Assembly (NCBI GenBank): GCA_965215015.1
Contig: OZ244042.1
Location: 1,152,001 to 1,216,000 of the forward strand
Source: Candidatus Poribacteria bacterium
GTDB lineage: Bacteria > Poribacteria > WGA-4E > PCPOR2b
Reading direction: 5' to 3'
Length of the DNA: 64,000 nucleotides
Part shown: in pieces, positions 19,658 to 31,600 of the stretch
Layout of the letters: each line of letters begins with the position of its first letter
Numbering within the stretch: the stretch's first letter is position 1
The notes under the pieces: generated by a model
Database searches by the model: none
The model's input: the letters and a program-made list of their open reading frames with translations, nothing else
What the model was told of the DNA's origin: nothing
Program-made: the position numbers and the translations under genes

Positions 19658-22600
19658 CTTTTAATCGAACCAGTGTGGAATTGAAACATACTATGCTCGT
19701 CTACCTCGCCGAGGTAAGTCTCTCCTTTTAATCGAACCAGTGTGGAATTGAAACGCGCGTTTGGCAAGCAGATCGTCCATCGTTTCAATCTTTTAATCGA
19801 ACCAGTGTGGAATTGAAACGTTGGCAGGACGTTGAGTTTAACCACTTCACCTGCCGCTTTTAATCGAACCAGTGTGGAATTGAAACGAAGGAAGTTGCGA
19901 AGGAGGTGCAAGCATGATTGGCACTTTTAATCGAACCAGTGTGGAATTGAAACATAGTAAACATGCCAAGACGCCTTATAGACGCCTTTACTTTTAATCG
20001 AACCAGTGTGGAATTGAAACTCGCGACGGTCGTGATTCACCGACAGGGGCAACCCTTCTTTTAATCGAACCAGTGTGGAATTGAAACTTACGTCACCGGC
20101 TTGGCTTGGCTCCTGTTCTAAGCCTTTTAATCGAACCAGTGTGGAATTGAAACGTCCCCTCGCCGACGGTATAATCTTGACCGGGCCAGCTTTTAATCGA
20201 ACCAGTGTGGAATTGAAACATCTGAAAGCTATAGCTAAGCGGCTTGCTCAAGTTCGGCTTTTAATCGAACCAGTGTGGAATTGAAACACGGAAAAGGGTC
20301 GGTTCTCAGAAGCGTTTGCATATTCTTTTAATCGAACCAGTGTGGAATTGAAACTGGATTCAAAAACGACTAACGGACTCGAAATCTCAACTTTTAATCG
20401 AACCAGTGTGGAATTGAAACAAAACTAGAACTTCTTTTAAGCCTGCCTTAACCTTGCTTTTAATCGAACCAGTGTGGAATTGAAACATATCCAAGCCGTC
20501 AAGCTCCGCCAACGCCTGGGCACTTTTAATCGAACCAGTGTGGAATTGAAACCGCCGAACCGATTGGAGGAAGGGCAGGGGGGTCAACCTTTTAATCGAA
20601 CCAGTGTGGAATTGAAACAAGTTTAAAAGGGAGATTTACAATGCCTGTGCAAACCACTTTTAATCGAACCAGTGTGGAATTGAAACTCTTTCGGTTGACT
20701 CAACCGAAAATCATCAGTGCGAGCTTTTAATCGAACCAGTGTGGAATTGAAACAGATACCGTCGAACGAATCATGAAACGCCTCCTCACTCTTTTAATCG
20801 AACCAGTGTGGAATTGAAACCGCCTTCAAATGTCCAGTCTTGAACTACCCAGTCCTCCTTTTAATCGAACCAGTGTGGAATTGAAACATGCAACAGGGGT
20901 ATCGGGTGTATCTGGGGATGGCGCCTTTTAATCGAACCAGTGTGGAATTGAAACAAGCCGGTCATATCTTCATAAATCCGCATCGCGAGGCCTTTTAATC
21001 GAACCAGTGTGGAATTGAAACTTCCACCACGCGGCTGTATACGTAGTGCCGATCACCCTTTTAATCGAACCAGTGTGGAATTGAAACGCATTCGTCGAAT
21101 TGCAGATCAGTTGTCTTGAAGTAACTTTTAATCGAACCAGTGTGGAATTGAAACATCGCTGTATCATCAAAACTGCCCGCCGCATCCCCGCTTTTAATCG
21201 AACCAGTGTGGAATTGAAACATTTTCGCGATACGTCTCTTCCATCATACCGCGTCGCTTTTAATCGAACCAGTGTGGAATTGAAACAGGATCAGATACGC
21301 AGAATACGCACTCTGCGCCGCCTTTTAATCGAACCAGTGTGGAATTGAAACGTCCCCTTATGGACCCCGGAGTTAACGGTTGGGCCACTTTTAATCGAAC
21401 CAGTGTGGAATTGAAACGTGAGGTTCATCTCAGAGATGGTACGAATGTGTCCGACTTTTAATCGAACCAGTGTGGAATTGAAACCCATATTAAGGCCATG
21501 ATGCCTAGAATAGGAAGACACTTTTAATCGAACCAGTGTGGAATTGAAACGATTGCGACGCAAGAGATTGCAGCGGACACGCAGCCCTTTTAATCGAACC
21601 AGTGTGGAATTGAAACTTGCCCTCGCCGACGGTATAATCTTGACCGGGCCAGCTTTTAATCGAACCAGTGTGGAATTGAAACTTACCCGCCGTGCTTCCA
21701 ATTTCTTTTTCCAAGACACACTTTTAATCGAACCAGTGTGGAATTGAAACCTGTCCCCGACTTTTTGGCGATGAACTCGTTGCCCACTTTTAATCGAACC
21801 AGTGTGGAATTGAAACATGCAATCCAAAACCGCATCCTGAGGCCGCTTGTCGTCTTTTAATCGAACCAGTGTGGAATTGAAACACCCGCTACTCAAAAAC
21901 AATCGGGGCAGATCGATGACTTTTAATCGAACCAGTGTGGAATTGAAACACTGGAAATAGTTGTTGTTCGGATCGAGACTGGCCTTTTAATCGAACCAGT
22001 GTGGAATTGAAACTTAGGACTGGGTGTTGTCCCAGTCTTCTTGTTCCCTGCTCATTACGAAGCACTGGGCTTCGTAAAGGTCAACTTTTAATCGAACCAG
22101 TGTGGAATTGAAACTATGTTTGGCGGCTTCAAGCTTGCGGTCTTTTTCCTTCTTTTAATCGAACCAGTGTGGAATTGAAACTAAATCCGCATCGCGAGGC
22201 GTAACGGCACGCCGAGCGCTTTTAATCGAACCAGTGTGGAATTGAAACAAGATCGACTTTGACTCTACATCTTTGGTGTTTTCACTTTTAATCGAACCAG
22301 TGTGGAATTGAAACGTTCGCCTCGACTTCGGATTTGAGAGACTGAATCTCCTTTTAATCGAACCAGTGTGGAATTGAAACACAAACCCCCATGGGAACAA
22401 ATCCTGCGTTTCCATTCTTTTAATCGAACCAGTGTGGAATTGAAACGTTTTCTCCAGTACGCAGGGCTCGAAGAGTTCATGCGCCTTTTAATCGAACCAG
22501 TGTGGAATTGAAACAACTCATAACGGCTTAAAAAATCAGCTAACACCTCTCTTTTAATCGAACCAGTGTGGAATTGAAACTGGTCTTTTTTTGCCGCTTC

Positions 22601-25600
22601 CAGTTCGTTCTCAGCTTTTAATCGAACCAGTGTGGAATTGAAACCTGTCCGCTATCTTGAGCTTTCCAGCGCCGGCACCTTCTTTTAATCGAACCAGTGT
22701 GGAATTGAAACAAACCCTTCTCAAACGTGCGGAATATCGGATTCGCGCTTTTAATCGAACCAGTGTGGAATTGAAACACAGGTAGCCTGCCATGTCCGCG
22801 AGACGAAGTTTGGGCTTTTAATCGAACCAGTGTGGAATTGAAACAAATACTCGAACTCACAGGCGCTTACAGGAGAATTGCTTTTAATCGAACCAGTGTG
22901 GAATTGAAACTGCTCCTCACCCGAAAATGTCGTAATCGGGATGAACCTTTTAATCGAACCAGTGTGGAATTGAAACGGACTCAGCGGCGCCCACGTGCCG
23001 TTGCCCTGCGACTCACTTTTAATCGAACCAGTGTGGAATTGAAACTCATTCCCCGTCATTCGTACTTCCCACGGGGTTTCCTTTTAATCGAACCAGTGTG
23101 GAATTGAAACCGACGTAAATACGTATACTCTTGCCAATCCCAACCGCTTTTAATCGAACCAGTGTGGAATTGAAACAAGAGAAAGGATACCTATCACAAA
23201 CACCGAAAGCGCACTTTTAATCGAACCAGTGTGGAATTGAAACTGCGTCGCAATTCTCCTGTAAGCGCCTGTGAGTTCGCTTTTAATCGAACCAGTGTGG
23301 AATTGAAACTAGTCACTATGGTGTCCATAGTGATAGTGAGATAGCCTTTTAATCGAACCAGTGTGGAATTGAAACCACCCTTCGTGCATGATACTCACTT
23401 CTATGTTAATCACTTTTAATCGAACCAGTGTGGAATTGAAACCTTTACAGGTTAAAGACCTATTGAATGTTATCCATACTTTTAATCGAACCAGTGTGGA
23501 ATTGAAACCGAGCTGAATAAGCTAGGGATAAAGGAAAGCCTAGCCTTTTAATCGAACCAGTGTGGAATTGAAACAGACCAAAAGCACGATTTGCCAAGGT
23601 GTATAGTTTTTCTTTTAATCGAACCAGTGTGGAATTGAAACGCGAGTCTAGGAAAAAGAACTAGGGTTTTCAGCGATTCTTTTAATCGAACCAGTGTGGA
23701 ATTGAAACATCGCAGCGGGCCTTTTCAAACTGGACAGGATTACGCTTTTAATCGAACCAGTGTGGAATTGAAACACGAACGCAGATTTGACGGATGCCCA
23801 TATAGGCGGGCTTTTAATCGAACCAGTGTGGAATTGAAACATGCTAACAACATTGCTTTACACGCTAGAACGAGTGACTTTTAATCGAACCAGTGTGGAA
23901 TTGAAACTCCAGAGTCATGATTGGCGCTAAAACGTCTTTAAGACTTTTAATCGAACCAGTGTGGAATTGAAACATGGCCATGCGGGTTTGAAGCCGATCA
24001 CGCCAAAAAACTTTTAATCGAACCAGTGTGGAATTGAAACATAGGCATGCGGGTTTGAAGCCGATCACGCCAAAAACTTTTAATCGAACCAGTGTGGAAT
24101 TGAAACTTTCCCAGCTGCTTATACTGGCATTATACCTAACTTGCTTTTAATCGAACCAGTGTGGAATTGAAACGTGTCAGTCTTTGACGCTTCCGCTGGA
24201 TCGCCGTCGCTTTTAATCGAACCAGTGTGGAATTGAAACCGATGAGATTCGACTCCTTGCAGAGGAGTCCGTCGAACTTTTAATCGAACCAGTGTGGAAT
24301 TGAAACCTGTAAATGCGCCTGAGCTCAGACGCTATTGAGGTGCCTTTTAATCGAACCAGTGTGGAATTGAAACTGTTCTTGTGGATATACGCTTGAACGT
24401 AAAGCAATCCTTTTAATCGAACCAGTGTGGAATTGAAACAAACTCTTCCATGCTAAGGTTGCTTATGGTATCCGACTTTTAATCGAACCAGTGTGGAATT
24501 GAAACACAAAGGCAACCCTTTTTTGTAGCCATCCCGCATCTGACTTTTAATCGAACCAGTGTGGAATTGAAACTGACGCCATCTTCGAAGCGAGGCAAGA
24601 CTTCTGGCGTCTTTTAATCGAACCAGTGTGGAATTGAAACTAGGCAATCGGTAAACACGCAGTTCATTACTAACAACTTTTAATCGAACCAGTGTGGAAT
24701 TGAAACCTCTCACGCGTGCATGCGTAATAGCGTCATGCTTGCGCTTTTAATCGAACCAGTGTGGAATTGAAACGAATGAGAACGCGGGCAAAGGGCTGTT
24801 TGTGAAAACCTTTTAATCGAACCAGTGTGGAATTGAAACTCATAACGCAGCTGCAGCGTCGCACCGATCTTGGTAGCTTTTAATCGAACCAGTGTGGAAT
24901 TGAAACATAATCTTGCCATCGTCATCCGTCTCCTCGGCGATCCTTTTAATCGAACCAGTGTGGAATTGAAACTATGATAGAACACCATAACCGCGTGTTC
25001 AAACTTTGGCTTTTAATCGAACCAGTGTGGAATTGAAACCCGTTTTGATGGATGACGCCATCTTCAAACTCAATCTGCTTTTAATCGAACCAGTGTGGAA
25101 TTGAAACAAGTCACAACCTTCCGACCATGACGTTAGGCTTTTACTTTTAATCGAACCAGTGTGGAATTGAAACGTTAGCACGGGCAATCGTCGAGTTGTT
25201 AGAAAAGCTCTTTTAATCGAACCAGTGTGGAATTGAAACTTCCGTCAGACGTTGACCAAAGCGTTTGCCTCCATACTTTTAATCGAACCAGTGTGGAATT
25301 GAAACTCGGTCTTAAAATACAACTCAATACGCATTCTCTTACTTTTAATCGAACCAGTGTGGAATTGAAACCGGGTTTGAGTACAGCGGTGGGGTCGTAT
25401 GGTATGACTTTTAATCGAACCAGTGTGGAATTGAAACTCGTGATTCATAATCGGTTCTAAAACGTCTTTCAAAACTTTTAATCGAACCAGTGTGGAATTG
25501 AAACAGCGGCTCCGCTTCTTTGATCACGACAATCATCGTACTTTTAATCGAACCAGTGTGGAATTGAAACAACGGGTCTGCGTTGAGATTCAGTTTCGCG

Positions 25601-28600
25601 GTGGGGCTTTTAATCGAACCAGTGTGGAATTGAAACGTCTGTTCTGTCTGCGGCAATGACTGGCGCGACTACCTTTTAATCGAACCAGTGTGGAATTGAA
25701 ACGTGAGCTTGGCGTGGTGGGTTTTGACCCAAGGGTCGGACTTTTAATCGAACCAGTGTGGAATTGAAACTTATCTTCACTGTTGATGACCGTGATTTCG
25801 ACTTCATCTTTTAATCGAACCAGTGTGGAATTGAAACTTCCACCACGCGGCTGTATACGTAGTGCCGATCACCGCTTTTAATCGAACCAGTGTGGAATTG
25901 AAACTGGTTTCAACGACGCCCTCTCCCCCGGTGGGTATGCGCTTTTAATCGAACCAGTGTGGAATTGAAACTGGTTCTTACTTGTGTGCAGAATCTCTAC
26001 TAACATCTTTTAATCGAACCAGTGTGGAATTGAAACACTTCCGGGTTTCGTGCGTGTCCCACTGGTCGAATCCCTTTTAATCGAACCAGTGTGGAATTGA
26101 AACACCTTTGCGGCTTTCGCGAGCTCGTCGTGCAACCCTTCTTTTAATCGAACCAGTGTGGAATTGAAACACTAATGCCATCGTAATCTCCTCAGTTAAG
26201 TTGTTGCTTTTAATCGAACCAGTGTGGAATTGAAACTTGGTGCTACTGGTCTGGAACGAAAGTGTAAGCTTGCTTTTAATCGAACCAGTGTGGAATTGAA
26301 ACTTTTCAATCTCCTTTGTTGCGGTTGGTAGCTCTGCATCTTTTAATCGAACCAGTGTGGAATTGAAACCGACTAATGCCGCGCCGGCTGGCTTCTGCCT
26401 TGAGTATGCTTTTAATCGAACCAGTGTGGAATTGAAACATCTCATTACAATCTCCATGTTTACGAAAAATATAGCTTTTAATCGAACCAGTGTGGAATTG
26501 AAACCTGCATGCATACGCACGCATGACGCTAGGGCTCCTGCTTTTAATCGAACCAGTGTGGAATTGAAACGTGTTGGCACGCCCGGTAGTCGCGCCAGTC
26601 GTTGCCCTTTTAATCGAACCAGTGTGGAATTGAAACATTGATAAACTGCATATTCAAAAATCTCCTTTGATTGCTTTTAATCGAACCAGTGTGGAATTGA
26701 AACCGGTGTATGTCCCCGGCTGCCACTCAGGGACCCTTGCCTTTTAATCGAACCAGTGTGGAATTGAAACTACTCACTGCTGATTTTCGACCGACGGGGT
26801 TTCTTGCTTTTAATCGAACCAGTGTGGAATTGAAACCTTTGTTTCTGTCGTGTGCAGAATCTCTACCAACATCTTTTAATCGAACCAGTGTGGAATTGAA
26901 ACACTGCCGTGAGATACCTTGAGATCAGGCAAGTCCTTCTTTTAATCGAACCAGTGTGGAATTGAAACTGTTCCCCGTTGTTTTGCAACGCGTCCAGTTC
27001 ACTGCTTTTAATCGAACCAGTGTGGAATTGAAACTGGCCACTCGGTTCTAAGACGAGGTTGTTAGCCTCGCTTTTAATCGAACCAGTGTGGAATTGAAAC
27101 CTGAAACTGGGGTATTCACCGGCCGTGTAACCACCGACTTTTAATCGAACCAGTGTGGAATTGAAACTCGTGCAACCCTTTGATCTCCGCTTGCTTCTGC
27201 TGGCTTTTAATCGAACCAGTGTGGAATTGAAACGCGGGATGCAGCTGGTCAGCATCTTCTTTGTAGTTCTCTTTTAATCGAACCAGTGTGGAATTGAAAC
27301 TCAGCTTGACACAAGACCGATGCAACACGCATCGTACTTTTAATCGAACCAGTGTGGAATTGAAACAAATCTCCTTTTAGTTAAAACCTAAATTATTGAA
27401 CCCTTTTAATCGAACCAGTGTGGAATTGAAACGAGTCTGCCTTGTCGCTCTTGTTCGTGCTGTATGTACTTTTAATCGAACCAGTGTGGAATTGAAACAG
27501 AGCCCAGAGACATGGTCTTGTTATTTTTCGGATACTTTTAATCGAACCAGTGTGGAATTGAAACATCGGCTTGATCTCCCAACACGTCTTCAAAGCCGTC
27601 CTTTTAATCGAACCAGTGTGGAATTGAAACTTGCACCGTCGCAGTCATCGTACTCTTAACCATGTCTCTTTTAATCGAACCAGTGTGGAATTGAAACCGT
27701 TGTTAATCGCTAATAACGACTGCACCAGGGGTTGCTTTTAATCGAACCAGTGTGGAATTGAAACGCATAGACAAGTTAGAACATGTATCTGACATCATAT
27801 CTTTTAATCGAACCAGTGTGGAATTGAAACAAACGCACATGCGTCGTAATAGCGTCTATAATCGGTCTTTTAATCGAACCAGTGTGGAATTGAAACGAGT
27901 TTGCCCCTGTCGTCCCACGCGTACTGTTGGAGCTTTTAATCGAACCAGTGTGGAATTGAAACACGTTTGACCAATCCCCAGCCCGTCGCGACGGTCGTGC
28001 TTTTAATCGAACCAGTGTGGAATTGAAACTATGTTTGGCGGCTTCAAGCTTGCGGTCTTTCTCCTCTTTTAATCGAACCAGTGTGGAATTGAAACTCGCT
28101 CGAGTATGCAGAAACCGAAACATTTTTAACACTTTTAATCGAACCAGTGTGGAATTGAAACTGGTTCATTCATAACGGTTTCTTCGATTTCTCGCACCTT
28201 TTAATCGAACCAGTGTGGAATTGAAACTCTTTTGGTTCGGGTATGTTACAACCTAAGCAACAGACTTTTAATCGAACCAGTGTGGAATTGAAACAGCACA
28301 GCCTCACTACGTTTTGCCTGACTGATTTGACTTTTAATCGAACCAGTGTGGAATTGAAACATCGCATCAACGCGAAAGAACGGAAACGCGAGGCGGCTTT
28401 TAATCGAACCAGTGTGGAATTGAAACTAGACGCGTCATCGTGATCGCCAATGTCAATACCTGCTTTTAATCGAACCAGTGTGGAATTGAAACAATATCTC
28501 CGCCTCGCGTTTCCGTTCTTTCGCGTTGACTTTTAATCGAACCAGTGTGGAATTGAAACTCTTTCGGTTGACTCAACCGAAAATCATCGGCACGCCTTTT

Positions 28601-31600
28601 AATCGAACCAGTGTGGAATTGAAACAAACCCGCAAGTGGTTAGGATGCTTTACCCGATAAACCTTTTAATCGAACCAGTGTGGAATTGAAACTGATTTAG
28701 GTAAATCCCGGTAACGTGGTGGAAATGGCTTTTAATCGAACCAGTGTGGAATTGAAACGATAAACTCAACGGTCATTTGCTGGTTCTCAACAGTCTTTTA
28801 ATCGAACCAGTGTGGAATTGAAACCAACTTCCTTAAGAAGGGCAAGCACATCTAATCTGCCTTTTAATCGAACCAGTGTGGAATTGAAACGTGTCAGGTA
28901 CTGAAATCCAGATGCCTCTGCGGATGGCTTTTAATCGAACCAGTGTGGAATTGAAACCCGGCCGGCTTGCTTTACCCGATAAAGGTAAAGCCGTCTTTTA
29001 ATCGAACCAGTGTGGAATTGAAACATGTCCAGGACTTCCCAACATTGGTCAACTTCATTCCACTTTTAATCGAACCAGTGTGGAATTGAAACGTATAATG
29101 CCCACCAGAGATCGACAAGGGATGCCGGCTTTTAATCGAACCAGTGTGGAATTGAAACATGAAGTTACTGACGGCGTCTAACACAACCCAGTTACTTTTA
29201 ATCGAACCAGTGTGGAATTGAAACCCGGCCGGCTTGCTTTACCCGATAAAGGTAAAGCCGTCTTTTAATCGAACCAGTGTGGAATTGAAACATTCACTGG
29301 CGTTCATGCTGGTTCTCCTTAAGTTGTGCTTTTAATCGAACCAGTGTGGAATTGAAACATATGAGTCCCAGTTACTTTATACTCACCCATTGCCTTTTAA
29401 TCGAACCAGTGTGGAATTGAAACTTTACCAGCGAGGGTCGATCGCTGATATGCCTAGTACCCTTCTAATCGAACCAGTGTGGAATTGAAACTGGATTCAG
29501 GCGTGTGATTAGACGTCGGCGTGCATCGCTTCTAATCGAACCAGTGTGGAATTGAAACAAGGGATGATCGGGCGTGGCGTCAACACCCGCTTGGCCTTCT
29601 AATCGAACCAGTGTGGAATTGAAACTTAACATCAGGTCAGATAGGTTATTGCCACCACACTCTTCTAATCGAACCAGTGTGGAATTGAAACACAGCCCTG
29701 ATCCATCATTGTTGCCATAATGTCCTCCTTCTAATCGAACCAGTGTGGAATTGAAACACGGACGGAACGCCGCAGCAGTACCCACCTGCCCTACTTCTAA
29801 TCGAACCAGTGTGGAATTGAAACGGAGGCCTGGTTGATGACCTCCCGCACCGTTGACGGCTTCTAATCGAACCAGTGTGGAATTGAAACTAGGGTCCTTC
29901 TGTCCATTTTGCTTTGGCAATATACACTTCTAATCGAACCAGTGTGGAATTGAAACAAGCATAGGATATTCCTATCTTCATTAATTTTTATTACTTCTAA
30001 TCGAACCAGTGTGGAATTGAAACCTGGGATATGCCTCTGCTAAGGTTACTTTTGTTCCTTCTTCTAATCGAACCAGTGTGGAATTGAAACTGGGTTGAAA
30101 TTCTCTGCTACGATGTTGTATATGGTCTTCTAATCGAACCAGTGTGGAATTGAAACCTGTCCCCATCATATACAAGATTGATAAGTATAATCGCTTCTAA
30201 TCGAACCAGTGTGGAATTGAAACGTGGTTAGAATGACCTATTGTGTAAATCATTAGTGCCTCTTCTAATCGAACCAGTGTGGAATTGAAACCCGGGCGTC
30301 CCGATTTCAGATAACACCGGCCGCTCGTACTTCTAATCGAACCAGTGTGGAATTGAAACGCGTTCAAGACGTCCTGAGTCACTTTGAGAATCTTGCTTCT
30401 AATCGAACCAGTGTGGAATTGAAACGTTGAATCAAAACCCGCATTGTGCAACGCGCGGCCGACTTCTAATCGAACCAGTGTGGAATTGAAACACAGGATT
30501 AGGATTGCCCAGTTTAGTACTCTTAACACTTCTAATCGAACCAGTGTGGAATTGAAACCCCTCAAACTTGAGGGTTTCATTTCGGTTGTCGCTCACTTCT
30601 AATCGAACCAGTGTGGAATTGAAACGAGAGTTTCAGTTGAGTGATTCATCTTGATACCTTTCTTCTAATCGAACCAGTGTGGAATTGAAACGAAACTGCG
30701 AAGCCCCTCCGCATATTCCTCATCAGTCTTCTAATCGAACCAGTGTGGAATTGAAACTGATAATTCTCCTTGCCTTAGTAGGCATTGTGTAGGCCTTCTA
30801 ATCGAACCAGTGTGGAATTGAAACTTGAAGTTACGATAAACCCTATAAAGGACCTTCTGACTTCTAATCGAACCAGTGTGGAATTGAAACCCAACCGTGC
30901 CGTCTGCTCCGATGGGGGCGCATGCTTCTAATCGAACCAGTGTGGAATTGAAACACGGTATCAATGAGCGTCGGTTCATGAACCTGACTGCTTCTAATCG
31001 AACCAGTGTGGAATTGAAACATTGGAACATTTTTCTTTTCTAACGTTCTCATTACACCTTCTAATCGAACCAGTGTGGAATTGAAACAGATTTCAAAGTA
31101 GTACCGTACCGACGCTTCGAGACTTCTAATCGAACCAGTGTGGAATTGAAACTGAATTAAGCTATCCTGGCCCTGTGACGGTGCTTTGCTTCTAATCGAA
31201 CCAGTGTGGAATTGAAACGTATCATCTTGGGAAACTAAAAACGGGTGAGTCACAGCTTCTAATCGAACCAGTGTGGAATTGAAACAAGGGGGGGCATTCC
31301 TTATAGTCGGAATCCAATCGACTTCTAATCGAACCAGTGTGGAATTGAAACGGAGCCTAACGACATGGTCTTATTGTTCTTAGGATACTTCTAATCGAAC
31401 CAGTGTGGAATTGAAACGATGAGTAGACTCAACCAAGACCTCAAAGACATAACCCTTCTAATCGAACCAGTGTGGAATTGAAACGAGTCCAACGATCGTG
31501 CTTTCCGTTTCAGTCGAGTCACTTCTAATCGAACCAGTGTGGAATTGAAACTAGCAATAGAGGAAATATAAATCAAGGTCGTAAAGGACTTCTAATCGAA

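Noticed and set aside
29492-29528. Spacer sharing TGTGATTAGACGT (13 nt) with the cas3 stop region (about 17255-17267), suggesting self-targeting
   Set aside because: Mid-spacer 13-mer with unmatched flanks; several such matches are expected by chance for about 235 spacers against 64 kb. No convincing self-target was seen, although an exhaustive search was not possible
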